Shown here piece after piece: positions 25,105-33,364 of a stretch of 33,364 nucleotides of DNA. Every line of letters starts with the position of its first letter. The first letter of the stretch is position 1. Source of the stretch: Candidatus Micrarchaeia archaeon (GTDB lineage Archaea; Micrarchaeota; Micrarchaeia; Micrarchaeales; CABMGC01); contig JBMFWW010000006.1 of NCBI GenBank assembly GCA_049964835.1, positions 1 to 33,364 of the forward strand, in the 5' to 3' direction. The translations under genes were made by a program, and so were the position numbers. The notes beneath the pieces are model-generated. The model was given only the letters and a program-made list of their open reading frames with translations, searched no databases and was not told the DNA's origin.

Positions 25105-27687
25105 TCAACTCTTTTCTACCCTTTCGAATCTCGATTCGGTAGGATTGACACCGTCTGCACCATAAATAGTTTGTATGATATTATTGTTAACGTCTCTTAC
25201 TGTAAGATCATTCTTAACATAATAATCTTGAAGTGCATTGGATAATCTCCTATATAGATACCCGCTTCTTCCTGTCAAAAGCGCCTTGTATACTTCTGAA
25301 CCTCTTGAACCTACCGCATGCATGAATAGTTCAATTGGACTCATACCTGCAAAATAGCTTTTTGTTATGAAGCCGTGAGCAACAGGACCCACATCATTAG
25401 GTGCAATATGGGGCAAAACTCTATTTGAGTAGTAACCTCTTTTTATTCTTCCTCCACTTAAGGTTGCTTGCTGCCCTAGAAACATGCTCATTTGTTCTAG
25501 GTTAAGTACATTACCTCTTGATCCTGCTTTTGTCATCTCTACTGCGCTATTTCCTTCTCCTTCATGCATTACAAGCATATTTCCAGCTTTGTTTCTTGCC
25601 ATGTTTAGCTCTGTTATTATAAGCCTTTCGAGAGACTCTCTTGTTGTATAACCTATAAGTGGCTCTAATTTTTTGGTTTTATATTCACTTATTAATTTGT
25701 TAACTTTTTCAAATGTTTCTTTTATTATTTGATTCTTTTCTGACTGCATTTTCTGATCTATTTCGTATTCTTTTACTCCTACTGTAACACCTGCAAGAGT
25801 TACATAAGCATCAGCAAGTTTTGCTGATTGGAATATGAAATCTCTTAATGCATCAAATCCGTAATTTATTGCTATTTTTATGAATAGATTATTTCCTTTT
25901 CCATAGGTATCATTTGTTACTGTACCTTCGATAAGTCTTCCATTCTTTATCTTAAACATGCCTGTTGATGTTTTTTCCTCAAAAGATAAATCCTTTGGTA
26001 GAAGCATAGAAAAAATATCCTTTCCACTAAATAAGCCATTTTTCTGAGCTTCTGGCAACTCGTAGATACCTGCAAGACCAAGCATATATTCTGTTTCATC
26101 TCTTGATAGATAAAGACCGTCTCTTGTTAAACTATAAAGACCGGTTATTCCGTCCTCTCCGTTAGCTATAATTGCTCCACCATTTTTAGGTGAGAATATC
26201 TGGTATTTTACATCCATCAGTATTCTTGCTTCGGCCTGTGCTTCTAATGTTTGAGGCACGTGAAGGTTCATTTCGTCTCCGTCGAAGTCCGCATTGTATG
26301 GAGATGCAGTACAGTAATTTATTCTGAAGGTTTTTCCTGGAAGTACCTTCACCTTATGTGCCATTATAGATATTCTGTGCAGGGTTGGTTGTCTGTTAAA
26401 CAGTACTATATCTCCATCGATTAGTTGTCTTTCTAATATATCTCCTGCTTTTATTTCTTTTGCTATTTCTTCTTTGTTTGCATCAAGAACTCTCTTTCTT
26501 TTTCCTTCTTTTGATATAAAGTTTAATATCGTAGGATAACTTTTGTTTAATATAAACTCTCTTGCTTTTTCAATGTTCCATTCAGTAACATAAAAAGGTA
26601 CCGTTAATCTCTCCGCTATTGACTGTGGTACACCCACCTCATCTATATTGACATAAGGATCTACACTTATTACAGTTCTTGCAGAATAGTTTACTCTCTT
26701 TCCGCTAAGGTTGTATCTGAAACGACCCTCTTTTCCCTTTAGTCTTTGAGCTAATGTTTTAAGAGCTCTTCCGCTTCTGTGCCTTGCCGGAGGTATTCCT
26801 GATGTTTCATTGTTGAAATATGCAGTTAAATGATACTGTAAAAGTTCCCAGAGATCATCAATTATTATTTGTGGTGCACCAGCATTTATGTTCTGCTCAA
26901 GCCTTTGATTAATTCTCATTATATCTACTAGCTTGTGAGTCAAATCGTCTTCGCTTCTTTCACCAGATTCTAGAGTTATTGATGGCCTCACATTTACTGG
27001 AGGCACTAAAAGCGTATTTAATATAAGCCAAGAGGGATTGCTTGTTTCCTTTTCTATACCAATTATTTTAAGATCTTCAGCACTTATTTTAGATAACATC
27101 TCTCTTATTTCATCTGGTTTTAATTTTCTATCTCCTACTGTGAAGTAAGTTGGCTGTGAAAATCTTATTTTTGGCTGTACTGCACCACAATATGGACATT
27201 TTTTGCTTGTTTTAATTTTTTTATGTTGCATTGCTGAAGCTCTGTTCTTATGTTCTTCTTCATCCTTTACTGCTTGTTCGCTTTCTGTTATTGGTTCTTT
27301 TACTTCTCCTGGAACCTCAACATCATTCTTTAGTACATCCTCTTTTATTTTTTGAATGTGTTTCTCATCTATTAAAATTCTATGACACTCATAACATACT
27401 GATTGAAGTATATTGTATACTACTTTAGAAAATTCAGAATGAATTACTGGTCTTACTAAATCTATATGACCAAAATGGCCCGGACATGTTTTTGCTCTCC
27501 CTCCACATGTTTTACATATAAGTCCAGGATCTATTACTCCTAATCTTTGATCTAATAAACCGCCATCAATAGGATAGCCGTCTTCGTTGTATGTATCTGG
27601 CACTGTAAGTTTTGCAACGCTTAATTTTTTAGATTCCTCTGGTGATATTATTCCAAATTTTATATAATTTATCGCTTCAGCTTGCAT
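25105..27687 (-). CDS. rpoA1: RNA polymerase subunit A' (Rpo1N)
   Basis: CPGHFGHI, LKGKEGRFR, FNRQPTLH, YNADFDGDEMN. Confidence 0.99.
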   Translation of the reverse strand: MQAEAINYIKFGIISPEESKKLSVAKLTVPDTYNEDGYPIDGGLLDQRLGVIDPGLICKTCGGRAKTCPGHFGHIDLVRPVIHSEFSKVVYNILQSVCYECHRILIDEKHIQKIKEDVLKNDVEVPGEVKEPITESEQAVKDEEEHKNRASAMQHKKIKTSKKCPYCGAVQPKIRFSQPTYFTVGDRKLKPDEIREMLSKISAEDLKIIGIEKETSNPSWLILNTLLVPPVNVRPSITLESGERSEDDLTHKLVDIMRINQRLEQNINAGAPQIIIDDLWELLQYHLTAYFNNETSGIPPARHRSGRALKTLAQRLKGKEGRFRYNLSGKRVNYSARTVISVDPYVNIDEVGVPQSIAERLTVPFYVTEWNIEKAREFILNKSYPTILNFISKEGKRKRVLDANKEEIAKEIKAGDILERQLIDGDIVLFNRQPTLHRISIMAHKVKVLPGKTFRINYCTASPYNADFDGDEMNLHVPQTLEAQAEARILMDVKYQIFSPKNGGAIIANGEDGITGLYSLTRDGLYLSRDETEYMLGLAGIYELPEAQKNGLFSGKDIFSMLLPKDLSFEEKTSTGMFKIKNGRLIEGTVTNDTYGKGNNLFIKIAINYGFDALRDFIFQSAKLADAYVTLAGVTVGVKEYEIDQKMQSEKNQIIKETFEKVNKLISEYKTKKLEPLIGYTTRESLERLIITELNMARNKAGNMLVMHEGEGNSAVEMTKAGSRGNVLNLEQMSMFLGQQATLSGGRIKRGYYSNRVLPHIAPNDVGPVAHGFITKSYFAGMSPIELFMHAVGSRGSEVYKALLTGRSGYLYRRLSNALQDYYVKNDLTVRDVNNNIIQTIYGADGVNPTESRFERVEKS

Positions 27688-27691
27688 ATAC

Positions 27692-29512
27692 TCACTCTTT
27701 TAATTTTACCTTTGGCATTATGTGCATTGACTTTATTTCATCTAACAACACCTTAAAGGCATAACTTATTTCTACAGGTGTTAGAGATGTATTTCCACAT
27801 AATGGACAGATATTTGTCCTCTTAATATAATCATAAAAACCCATTGCACCGCACTGCCCGCATATCAATACGGTTGTTTTGTCGCTTTGGTCAAGCATTC
27901 TTTCTTTTAGTAGAAGACTTGCTCCGTGACCTATAAGCGCATCACGTTCCATCTCTCCGAACTTCAATGCTCCTTGTCTTGCTTTACCCTCAGTAGGCTG
28001 ATGTGTTAAGATCTGGACCTTTCCTCTACTTCTGACTTGTATTTTGTTGCTTACCATATGGTATAATCTGTTATAGTATGCAACACCTACAAATATCTCT
28101 GCTCTGAATGGCCTTCCTGTCATACCATCATACATTATTTCGTCTCCGTATTTATCAAAGCCATACTTTTGAAGTAGTTCACTATAACTTGTAAGCTTTT
28201 CTTCTCCTGTTTTTGTAAATGAAGTGCCATCTATTTTTTGACCTGCAACGGCTCCTGCCTTTCCTGCTATCTCTTCTAAAAGATGACCGAATGTAAGTCT
28301 TGTGGGTATACTGTGTGGATTAAGCAAAAGATCTGGAATTATGCCACTTTCTGTAAATGGCATATCTTCGGGATTAGCTATCAGTGCTACGACTCCTTTC
28401 TGACCGTGTCTGCTTGCAAATTTGTCCCCTCTCTCTGGTACTCTTATGCCTCTTATCCTTATCTTTACAGTTCTTGTAGCTCCAGGGGTTTCTGTAAATA
28501 TTACACTGTCTACAACGCCGCTTTCTCCAGCCTTTAATGTTACTGAATCGTCTCTTGTTCTTTCTTCTAATGAACCTGCACCTATATTTTCTTCCAAGAA
28601 TCTGGGTGGTGCAACCTTTCCTATTAGTACATCGCCCTCTTCTACATTCACTTCAGGTTCTATTATTCCGTCTTCACTAAGCTTAGAATAAGCGTGTTCG
28701 CCCATATAACCTTCTGAAGTTGGTGAAGGTATCTTGAACTTATCTCTTTGTCCTCCCGGATATCTTCTCTCCTCGTCAGCGTATGATTTGTAGAACATGC
28801 TCCTTCCTACACCCCTATCTACAGCTGCGCGATTAAGAACCAGTGCATCAGACATGTTATAGCCATAATAAGTTGATAATGCAACAACAAGATTTTGTCC
28901 GCTTGGATGTTTTTTGAGCTCTAAAGCTTCGTATGGAACTGTTGTGACTAAAGGCGCTTGTGGATAGAATAATATATAAGATCTAGAATCAAATCTTTGG
29001 TTGAAATTAGAAACATATAAACCTTCAGACTGCTTCATGTAGTTTGCGCTCATTGCCTGCCTAGATATAGCGTTATGCTCTGCATATGGGGCTACATTTG
29101 CAGACAGACCGAAGATTGCTGCCATATCAAATTCTAGATGTGTATGTTTTTCTGTAATTTCGCTCTCAGATAATGCCACTAGTGTGTTCTCTTCCTCTTC
29201 GGCATCTAAATACTCTATTACTCCATTCCTAACAAGGTAATTGAAATTAATCTCTTTGTTTTTTAGTTTTTGAGCCAACTCTTCTGTAAACTTTGACTTC
29301 CCGTTTTCTAATATTATATATGGCTTTCTTAGTCTACCTCTGTCTGTGTTTATGTTTATACTATTTAACTTTTCAGAATAAGCTATATTTATCTCTCCTG
29401 AAATTTGTCCTTTTCTTCTTGTTAATCTTACTTCATCAACAAACTTTTTAGGGTCAACTATAAATCCTATTACCTTTCCGTTTATATAAATAAATGTTTT
29501 TTTGTCTTCCAA
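27692..29512 (-). CDS. rpoB1: RNA polymerase subunit B' (Rpo2C)
   Basis: GDKFASRHGQKG, PDLLLNPH, FGEMERD, C-terminal Zn finger; TTG start. Confidence 0.98.
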   Translation of the reverse strand: MEDKKTFIYINGKVIGFIVDPKKFVDEVRLTRRKGQISGEINIAYSEKLNSININTDRGRLRKPYIILENGKSKFTEELAQKLKNKEINFNYLVRNGVIEYLDAEEEENTLVALSESEITEKHTHLEFDMAAIFGLSANVAPYAEHNAISRQAMSANYMKQSEGLYVSNFNQRFDSRSYILFYPQAPLVTTVPYEALELKKHPSGQNLVVALSTYYGYNMSDALVLNRAAVDRGVGRSMFYKSYADEERRYPGGQRDKFKIPSPTSEGYMGEHAYSKLSEDGIIEPEVNVEEGDVLIGKVAPPRFLEENIGAGSLEERTRDDSVTLKAGESGVVDSVIFTETPGATRTVKIRIRGIRVPERGDKFASRHGQKGVVALIANPEDMPFTESGIIPDLLLNPHSIPTRLTFGHLLEEIAGKAGAVAGQKIDGTSFTKTGEEKLTSYSELLQKYGFDKYGDEIMYDGMTGRPFRAEIFVGVAYYNRLYHMVSNKIQVRSRGKVQILTHQPTEGKARQGALKFGEMERDALIGHGASLLLKERMLDQSDKTTVLICGQCGAMGFYDYIKRTNICPLCGNTSLTPVEISYAFKVLLDEIKSMHIMPKVKLKE

Positions 29513-29521
29513 GAAATCAAC

Positions 29522-31021
29522 CTATAAAGATTTTATATCTGTAAGCTTTCTCAGCTCTTTTTCAGTAATTGTTTCATCAGCACCAATAGTTACCTTTGAC
29601 ATTAAAGCAAGATACTTTGTTAGTCCTACTTCTTGACCTTCAGGACTTTCTGCAGGACATATTTTACCCCATTGAGTACCATGAACATCACGCGCTCTGA
29701 AGTGTGGATGCTTTTTAGCAAGTGGTGATTTTACTCTTCTTAAATGAGCATAAGTGCTTATGAGATTTGTTCTATCTAAAACCTGTGATACTCCAGTTTG
29801 ACCAGCAACCCAAGTTCCGGTACCCATGGCATAAGCTATTTTTTCTGTTAATGTATCTGGACTTATTATTGACTGCATGCTTAATCTTCTTCCTCTTGCG
29901 CTCATTCTTTCTATTTGATACTTTACCTCTTTTAAGAAAAACCTGAATGCATATGCAAATAACTCTTCCATTAACTCTCCTGCAAATCTTGTTCTTTTAT
30001 TTGCATAATGATCCTTGTCGTCTTGTCTTACTATTTTATTTGCTATAGCTGTTGATTTTTTCGCCATCTCTAAAAGATATCTTGCCTTTACAGATCTTGA
30101 TTTTTCATCATTTCCTAAGTGTGGCAATAAATAATTATCAATTTGTGTCTCTGCTCTTTTTATCTGGTAGTCCTTTGCCTGACCTGGAGCTGCCATTTTG
30201 CCTAATTCTAGCAAGGCTTCTTGTTTTGTAAGTATTCCTGTTTCTGGTTTTTCTTTATTAACAGAACTTAACTCAATATTAAGAAGGATATCATTTCTGA
30301 ACGGAAGTAAAACTGATGAGTACTCCTTTATTTCATCTAAATCCATACCCATTGCTTTTAGAAGCATAATTAACTCAATACTTCTGCTTATTGTAGGAAA
30401 GTCTACTGTAAATAAGCCGTTTTGAGTTCTTTTTACAACACATCTTGCTCTAAAACCAGGGGTTGATGAAAAAACTCTACTTTTAATTTCTGTACCTTTC
30501 TTTTCTCTTGTTGTAATTATTTTGTTTGAAGCTACATCGTCAAGGCCTATAAGAACTCTTTCGACTCCTTTTATTATAAAGTAACCACCAGGATCATCTG
30601 GATCCTCTCCGTTTTCTATTAATTGTGATCTACTCATGTTTTTCATGTGACACGAATTACTTCTTATCATTATAGGGATATCTCCAACATAAACTTCTCC
30701 GTAAGAAGCGGTTTTTTCGATACCTCTTATTACAGGAACCACTTCCATATAAAGAGGTGCTCCGTAAGTTATACTTCTTAAACGCGCTTCATTTGGCATT
30801 ATGTTTCTTCTAGAACTATCTGATTCTATTATAGATGGACTACCTATTCTTACGTTTCCTAACTTGAGTGCAAATCCCTCTACATTTGGTTCTATTATGT
30901 TTTGATTTCCCATGGCCTTTTGTATACCATTATCTAAAAAACGATTAAAACTGTCAATTTGGTGCTGCACTAAGGACGAGTTATTCAAATACGATGCTAA
31001 CAATAGATTTTTCTCTTCCAT
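29522..31021 (-). CDS. rpoB2: RNA polymerase subunit B'' (Rpo2N)
   Basis: HQIDSFNRF, DPGGYFIIKG.ERV, DDKDHYANKR, CPAESPEG. Confidence 0.98.
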   Translation of the reverse strand: MEEKNLLLASYLNNSSLVQHQIDSFNRFLDNGIQKAMGNQNIIEPNVEGFALKLGNVRIGSPSIIESDSSRRNIMPNEARLRSITYGAPLYMEVVPVIRGIEKTASYGEVYVGDIPIMIRSNSCHMKNMSRSQLIENGEDPDDPGGYFIIKGVERVLIGLDDVASNKIITTREKKGTEIKSRVFSSTPGFRARCVVKRTQNGLFTVDFPTISRSIELIMLLKAMGMDLDEIKEYSSVLLPFRNDILLNIELSSVNKEKPETGILTKQEALLELGKMAAPGQAKDYQIKRAETQIDNYLLPHLGNDEKSRSVKARYLLEMAKKSTAIANKIVRQDDKDHYANKRTRFAGELMEELFAYAFRFFLKEVKYQIERMSARGRRLSMQSIISPDTLTEKIAYAMGTGTWVAGQTGVSQVLDRTNLISTYAHLRRVKSPLAKKHPHFRARDVHGTQWGKICPAESPEGQEVGLTKYLALMSKVTIGADETITEKELRKLTDIKSL

Positions 31022-31043
31022 TTTATCAACTTATAAGAGGCTT

Positions 31044-31274
31044 TTAACCCTCTATAATAAATCTGTAATACAAATACTCTTTGCCGCCGTCATTTCTTTT
31101 TATCTCCACAACGTCACCAGGCTTTGCATTTATGTAAACTGCCTGTGGATCAGAGCTAAGAAGTTTAGGTAAATTTTCTGTCTTTAAATTTAATTTCTCA
31201 AGAATTTTTTTGGACTGCTCTTGCGTAAGCAACGTGTGAACTGGAACATTTTCATTAATGCTTTCTTTAACCAT
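31044..31274 (-). CDS. rpoH: RNA polymerase subunit H (Rpo5)
   Basis: VPVHTLL, NLPKL..SDP, AKPGDVVEIKR, YYRFI. Confidence 0.96.
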   Translation of the reverse strand: MVKESINENVPVHTLLTQEQSKKILEKLNLKTENLPKLLSSDPQAVYINAKPGDVVEIKRNDGGKEYLYYRFIIEG

Positions 31275-31505
31275 TAAAACACCTATAAGTAAAATAAGTA
31301 CTAAGACTAGAGTCTACTGCAAGCATCTAATATATTATGTCAAAAAGGTTTATATAACTATCTTAAAAAATAGTATATTAAATACCTTATTTTAAAGTTT
31401 ATTTTAGAAGATAGATTTTGCAGGAAATATTTATAACATTTTGCTTTTTTCCACTAATAAGAAAGGTATAAAAACGAGGAATATTATTACTTAATTGGTG
31501 GTGGT

Positions 31506-31964
31506 GTGGAGTTAAGTTCCAAAATAGATAAAGTTGAGAATAATATAAAGGAGTGTCTCATTACTCAGAAAGCATTATTTGAAGCTAGAAGAAAGGATAT
31601 TAAAAAGACCATATACACAGGTGCGATTGCAATCGGCTTATCGGTACCGGTAATTGTAGTTAATTATATACCTATTATAGAGAACTTTATCAAAAACAAG
31701 GATCTAAATCCTAGAACTTTAGGAGAAATGGGATTTTTTATAGGAACTAATATTTTAGTAAATGGAGTTGTAAGAAGTATAGAGTATTTAAGAATTGATA
31801 ATGAAATTGAAAAAAAACGAAATGAACTTGAGTCTTTCATGAGAGACCAAAAAGTTGAAACAACTCAAAACAATAACGTAAATAAAGGTGCAGAAAAGAG
31901 AAGAAATAAAAATAAAATGAGATTTAAGAAGAGCACAGATAATCCCAAATTTAGGAAGAATTAA
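31506..31964 (+). CDS. Hypothetical membrane protein (two hydrophobic segments, basic tail)
   Basis: 152-aa ORF; GTG start preceded by GGTGG. Confidence 0.6.
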   Translation: MELSSKIDKVENNIKECLITQKALFEARRKDIKKTIYTGAIAIGLSVPVIVVNYIPIIENFIKNKDLNPRTLGEMGFFIGTNILVNGVVRSIEYLRIDNEIEKKRNELESFMRDQKVETTQNNNVNKGAEKRRNKNKMRFKKSTDNPKFRKN

Positions 31965-32083
31965 GAAATTACTGAACATAAAGTAAAACTATCTCATTAA
32001 TTTGCTGGGGGTTCCAGACAGAAACTATCACTCTTCTATCATTAGGGTTTTCCTTAAGTTTTTTTACAAACTTAAAAAGTTGA

Positions 32084-32624
32084 TCAGTGCATATATCCCA
32101 TATTTTTCCCATTTATTGGAGTCTCAAGCCTGTTTTCCTTACCATTTACCTCTTTTATAAAGTATCTATCATGAAGTGTCTGCAAACTGGTCTCTGTAAG
32201 TAGCTCGTCTCTTTTTGGTACCATGAACTCGCTTATCTTCTTAAGGTCAAACTCTAGTATGCGTTCTGATAAAAGAGGCTTTGTTTAAAAACTCCAAATC
32301 TGTCCAAAAACTCAATGGTTTGTTCATAAACTCACAGTTTTTAAACAAGGCTGATAAAAACCTTTTGAGACTTCGCTCTTTGCTTCCCTTAACTGCCTAT
32401 GTCTTTCCCTATATAATATGTAAGCTTTTGCAACATCATATAATCCTAAACACATCAAGCTTTCTTCAACAAGGTCTTGTATTTCTTCTACCATCGGCAT
32501 TCCTTTCCCTATGTATCTCTCTTACCTTATCTTGACTACCGTTTCTGCTATGTTCTTTGATTTTTCTAAATCTACTTTGCCCTTTACTGCAAATGTAGCA
32601 TTAGATATGGCATTTATTACTTTT
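32084..32624 (-). pseudogene. Ribonucleotide reductase large-subunit N-terminal fragment (ATP cone), IS-interrupted
   Basis: KVINAISNA...*...PMVEEIQDLVEESLM..GLYDVAKAYILYRERHRQLRE, then a shifted frame FDLKKISEFMVPKRDELL...LQTLHDRYF...RLETP; TAA at 32522-32524; truncated. Confidence 0.8.
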
Positions 32625-33364
32625 GTGACATCCTCCCACCCGTAAACGGCGTGGGCTTCCTTTACATTCATGCAACCACTGCATCCTGCAAAGGATGTAT
32701 TTTATCGGTTCTCAGTTCCTTGAGAACAGCCTCCTGTTGAGGTCTTACACTCTCTCCCTGAGCGTAACTTCCCCTCTGCCCGAGGGTAGTTGCTCTATGC
32801 AATATGTTTATTGACGCGTTTATGTCCCTATCTATTGTCAGTCCACAGACGTTGCAGTGATATACTCTGTCTTCAGGCCACAGCCTTTCGTTTCCTGTTT
32901 TTATGTTATGGCACTTGCTGCATTCCTGCGTTGTGTCTTTAGGGTCTACTTTTATTACTTTCATACCAGCACTTTCAGCCTTGTATGAAAGAAATTGAAT
33001 AAATTTATTCCACGAAGCGTTATATATCGCCTGCGCAAGTCTATGGTTCTTTACCATGTTGTTTATGCTGAGTTTTTCCACTGCAAACGATGTATATCCT
33101 GAATTTACGAGTTTATCCGACAGTTTATGCGCAAAGTCGTTGGATTGGTTCGTTGTGTACTCCCATTCCCTTTGAAGCGCGAGTTTTGCCCTCTGCCTTC
33201 TTCGTGAACCGTTATGCCTTCTTGCAATAATCCTCTGCCACTTTGCGATATGTTTTGCGTTCTTCTTGACGAACTTCGGCTTTTCTATCTTTGTTCCATC
33301 TGATACTGCAATAAAAGAGTTGAGCCCCATGTCTATACCAACAGGATTTAGGTTCTCCACTTCT
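32625..33364 (-). mobile_element. IS200/IS605-family element, right part (tnpB plus right end)
   Basis: Right end GGAAG-CCCAC-GCCGTTTACGG-GTGGG-AGGATGTCAC (32660 to 32625); visibly higher GC than the flanks. Confidence 0.9.
32668..33364 (-). CDS. tnpB: RNA-guided endonuclease TnpB (5' end outside the window)
   Basis: RuvC I VGIDMG, RuvC II FAVEKL, zinc finger TTQECSKC...CNVC, RuvC III DRDINASINI. Confidence 0.95.
   Translation of the reverse strand, partial: EVENLNPVGIDMGLNSFIAVSDGTKIEKPKFVKKNAKHIAKWQRIIARRHNGSRRRQRAKLALQREWEYTTNQSNDFAHKLSDKLVNSGYTSFAVEKLSINNMVKNHRLAQAIYNASWNKFIQFLSYKAESAGMKVIKVDPKDTTQECSKCHNIKTGNERLWPEDRVYHCNVCGLTIDRDINASINILHRATTLGQRGSYAQGESVRPQQEAVLKELRTDKIHPLQDAVVA

Noticed and set aside
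31304..31315. AGACT-AG-AGTCT inverted repeat upstream of rpoH
   Set aside because: Only 5 bp with a 2-nt spacer; insufficient support.
32281..32535. 84-aa + strand ORF
   Set aside because: Antisense to the ATP-cone pseudogene.
32668..33364. Cas12f/Cas14 effector
   Set aside because: No CRISPR array or cas genes in view, and a canonical IS605 right end follows, so TnpB is the simpler call.

Overview
Low-GC, gene-dense archaeal DNA. Split rpoB and rpoA genes, T-loop tRNA introns, compact gene order and divergent proteins suggest a DPANN archaeon, probably Micrarchaeota (inference, not a database match). The window is mostly core genes: mre11-like nuclease, prepilin peptidase, rpoD-tRNA-Leu-rpl18e-rpl13-rps9-rpoN-tRNA-Pro-rps2, Sm, tRNA-Ala, HTH-grpE-dnaK-dnaJ, thyA-folA-HAD/glyA, presenilin-like protease, MCM, metG and rpoH-B''-B'-A'-A''. 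It ends in an IS200/IS605 tnpB element inserted in a decayed ribonucleotide reductase gene. Main signals not in the ORF track: (1) a ~170-nt structured leader at 2710-2879 with a 12-bp helix that can sequester the start codon of a wHTH gene, a candidate archaeal riboswitch-like element; (2) three genes, including metG, whose conserved N-termini appear to start at ATA after a correctly spaced SD; (3) a tRNA-Pro with an A34 anticodon (AGG); (4) two tRNAs with 59/60 BHB introns; (5) divergent RNA polymerase bridge helix and trigger loop; (6) a ~40-bp solo IS605-end element; (7) ogt and nrd pseudogenes.
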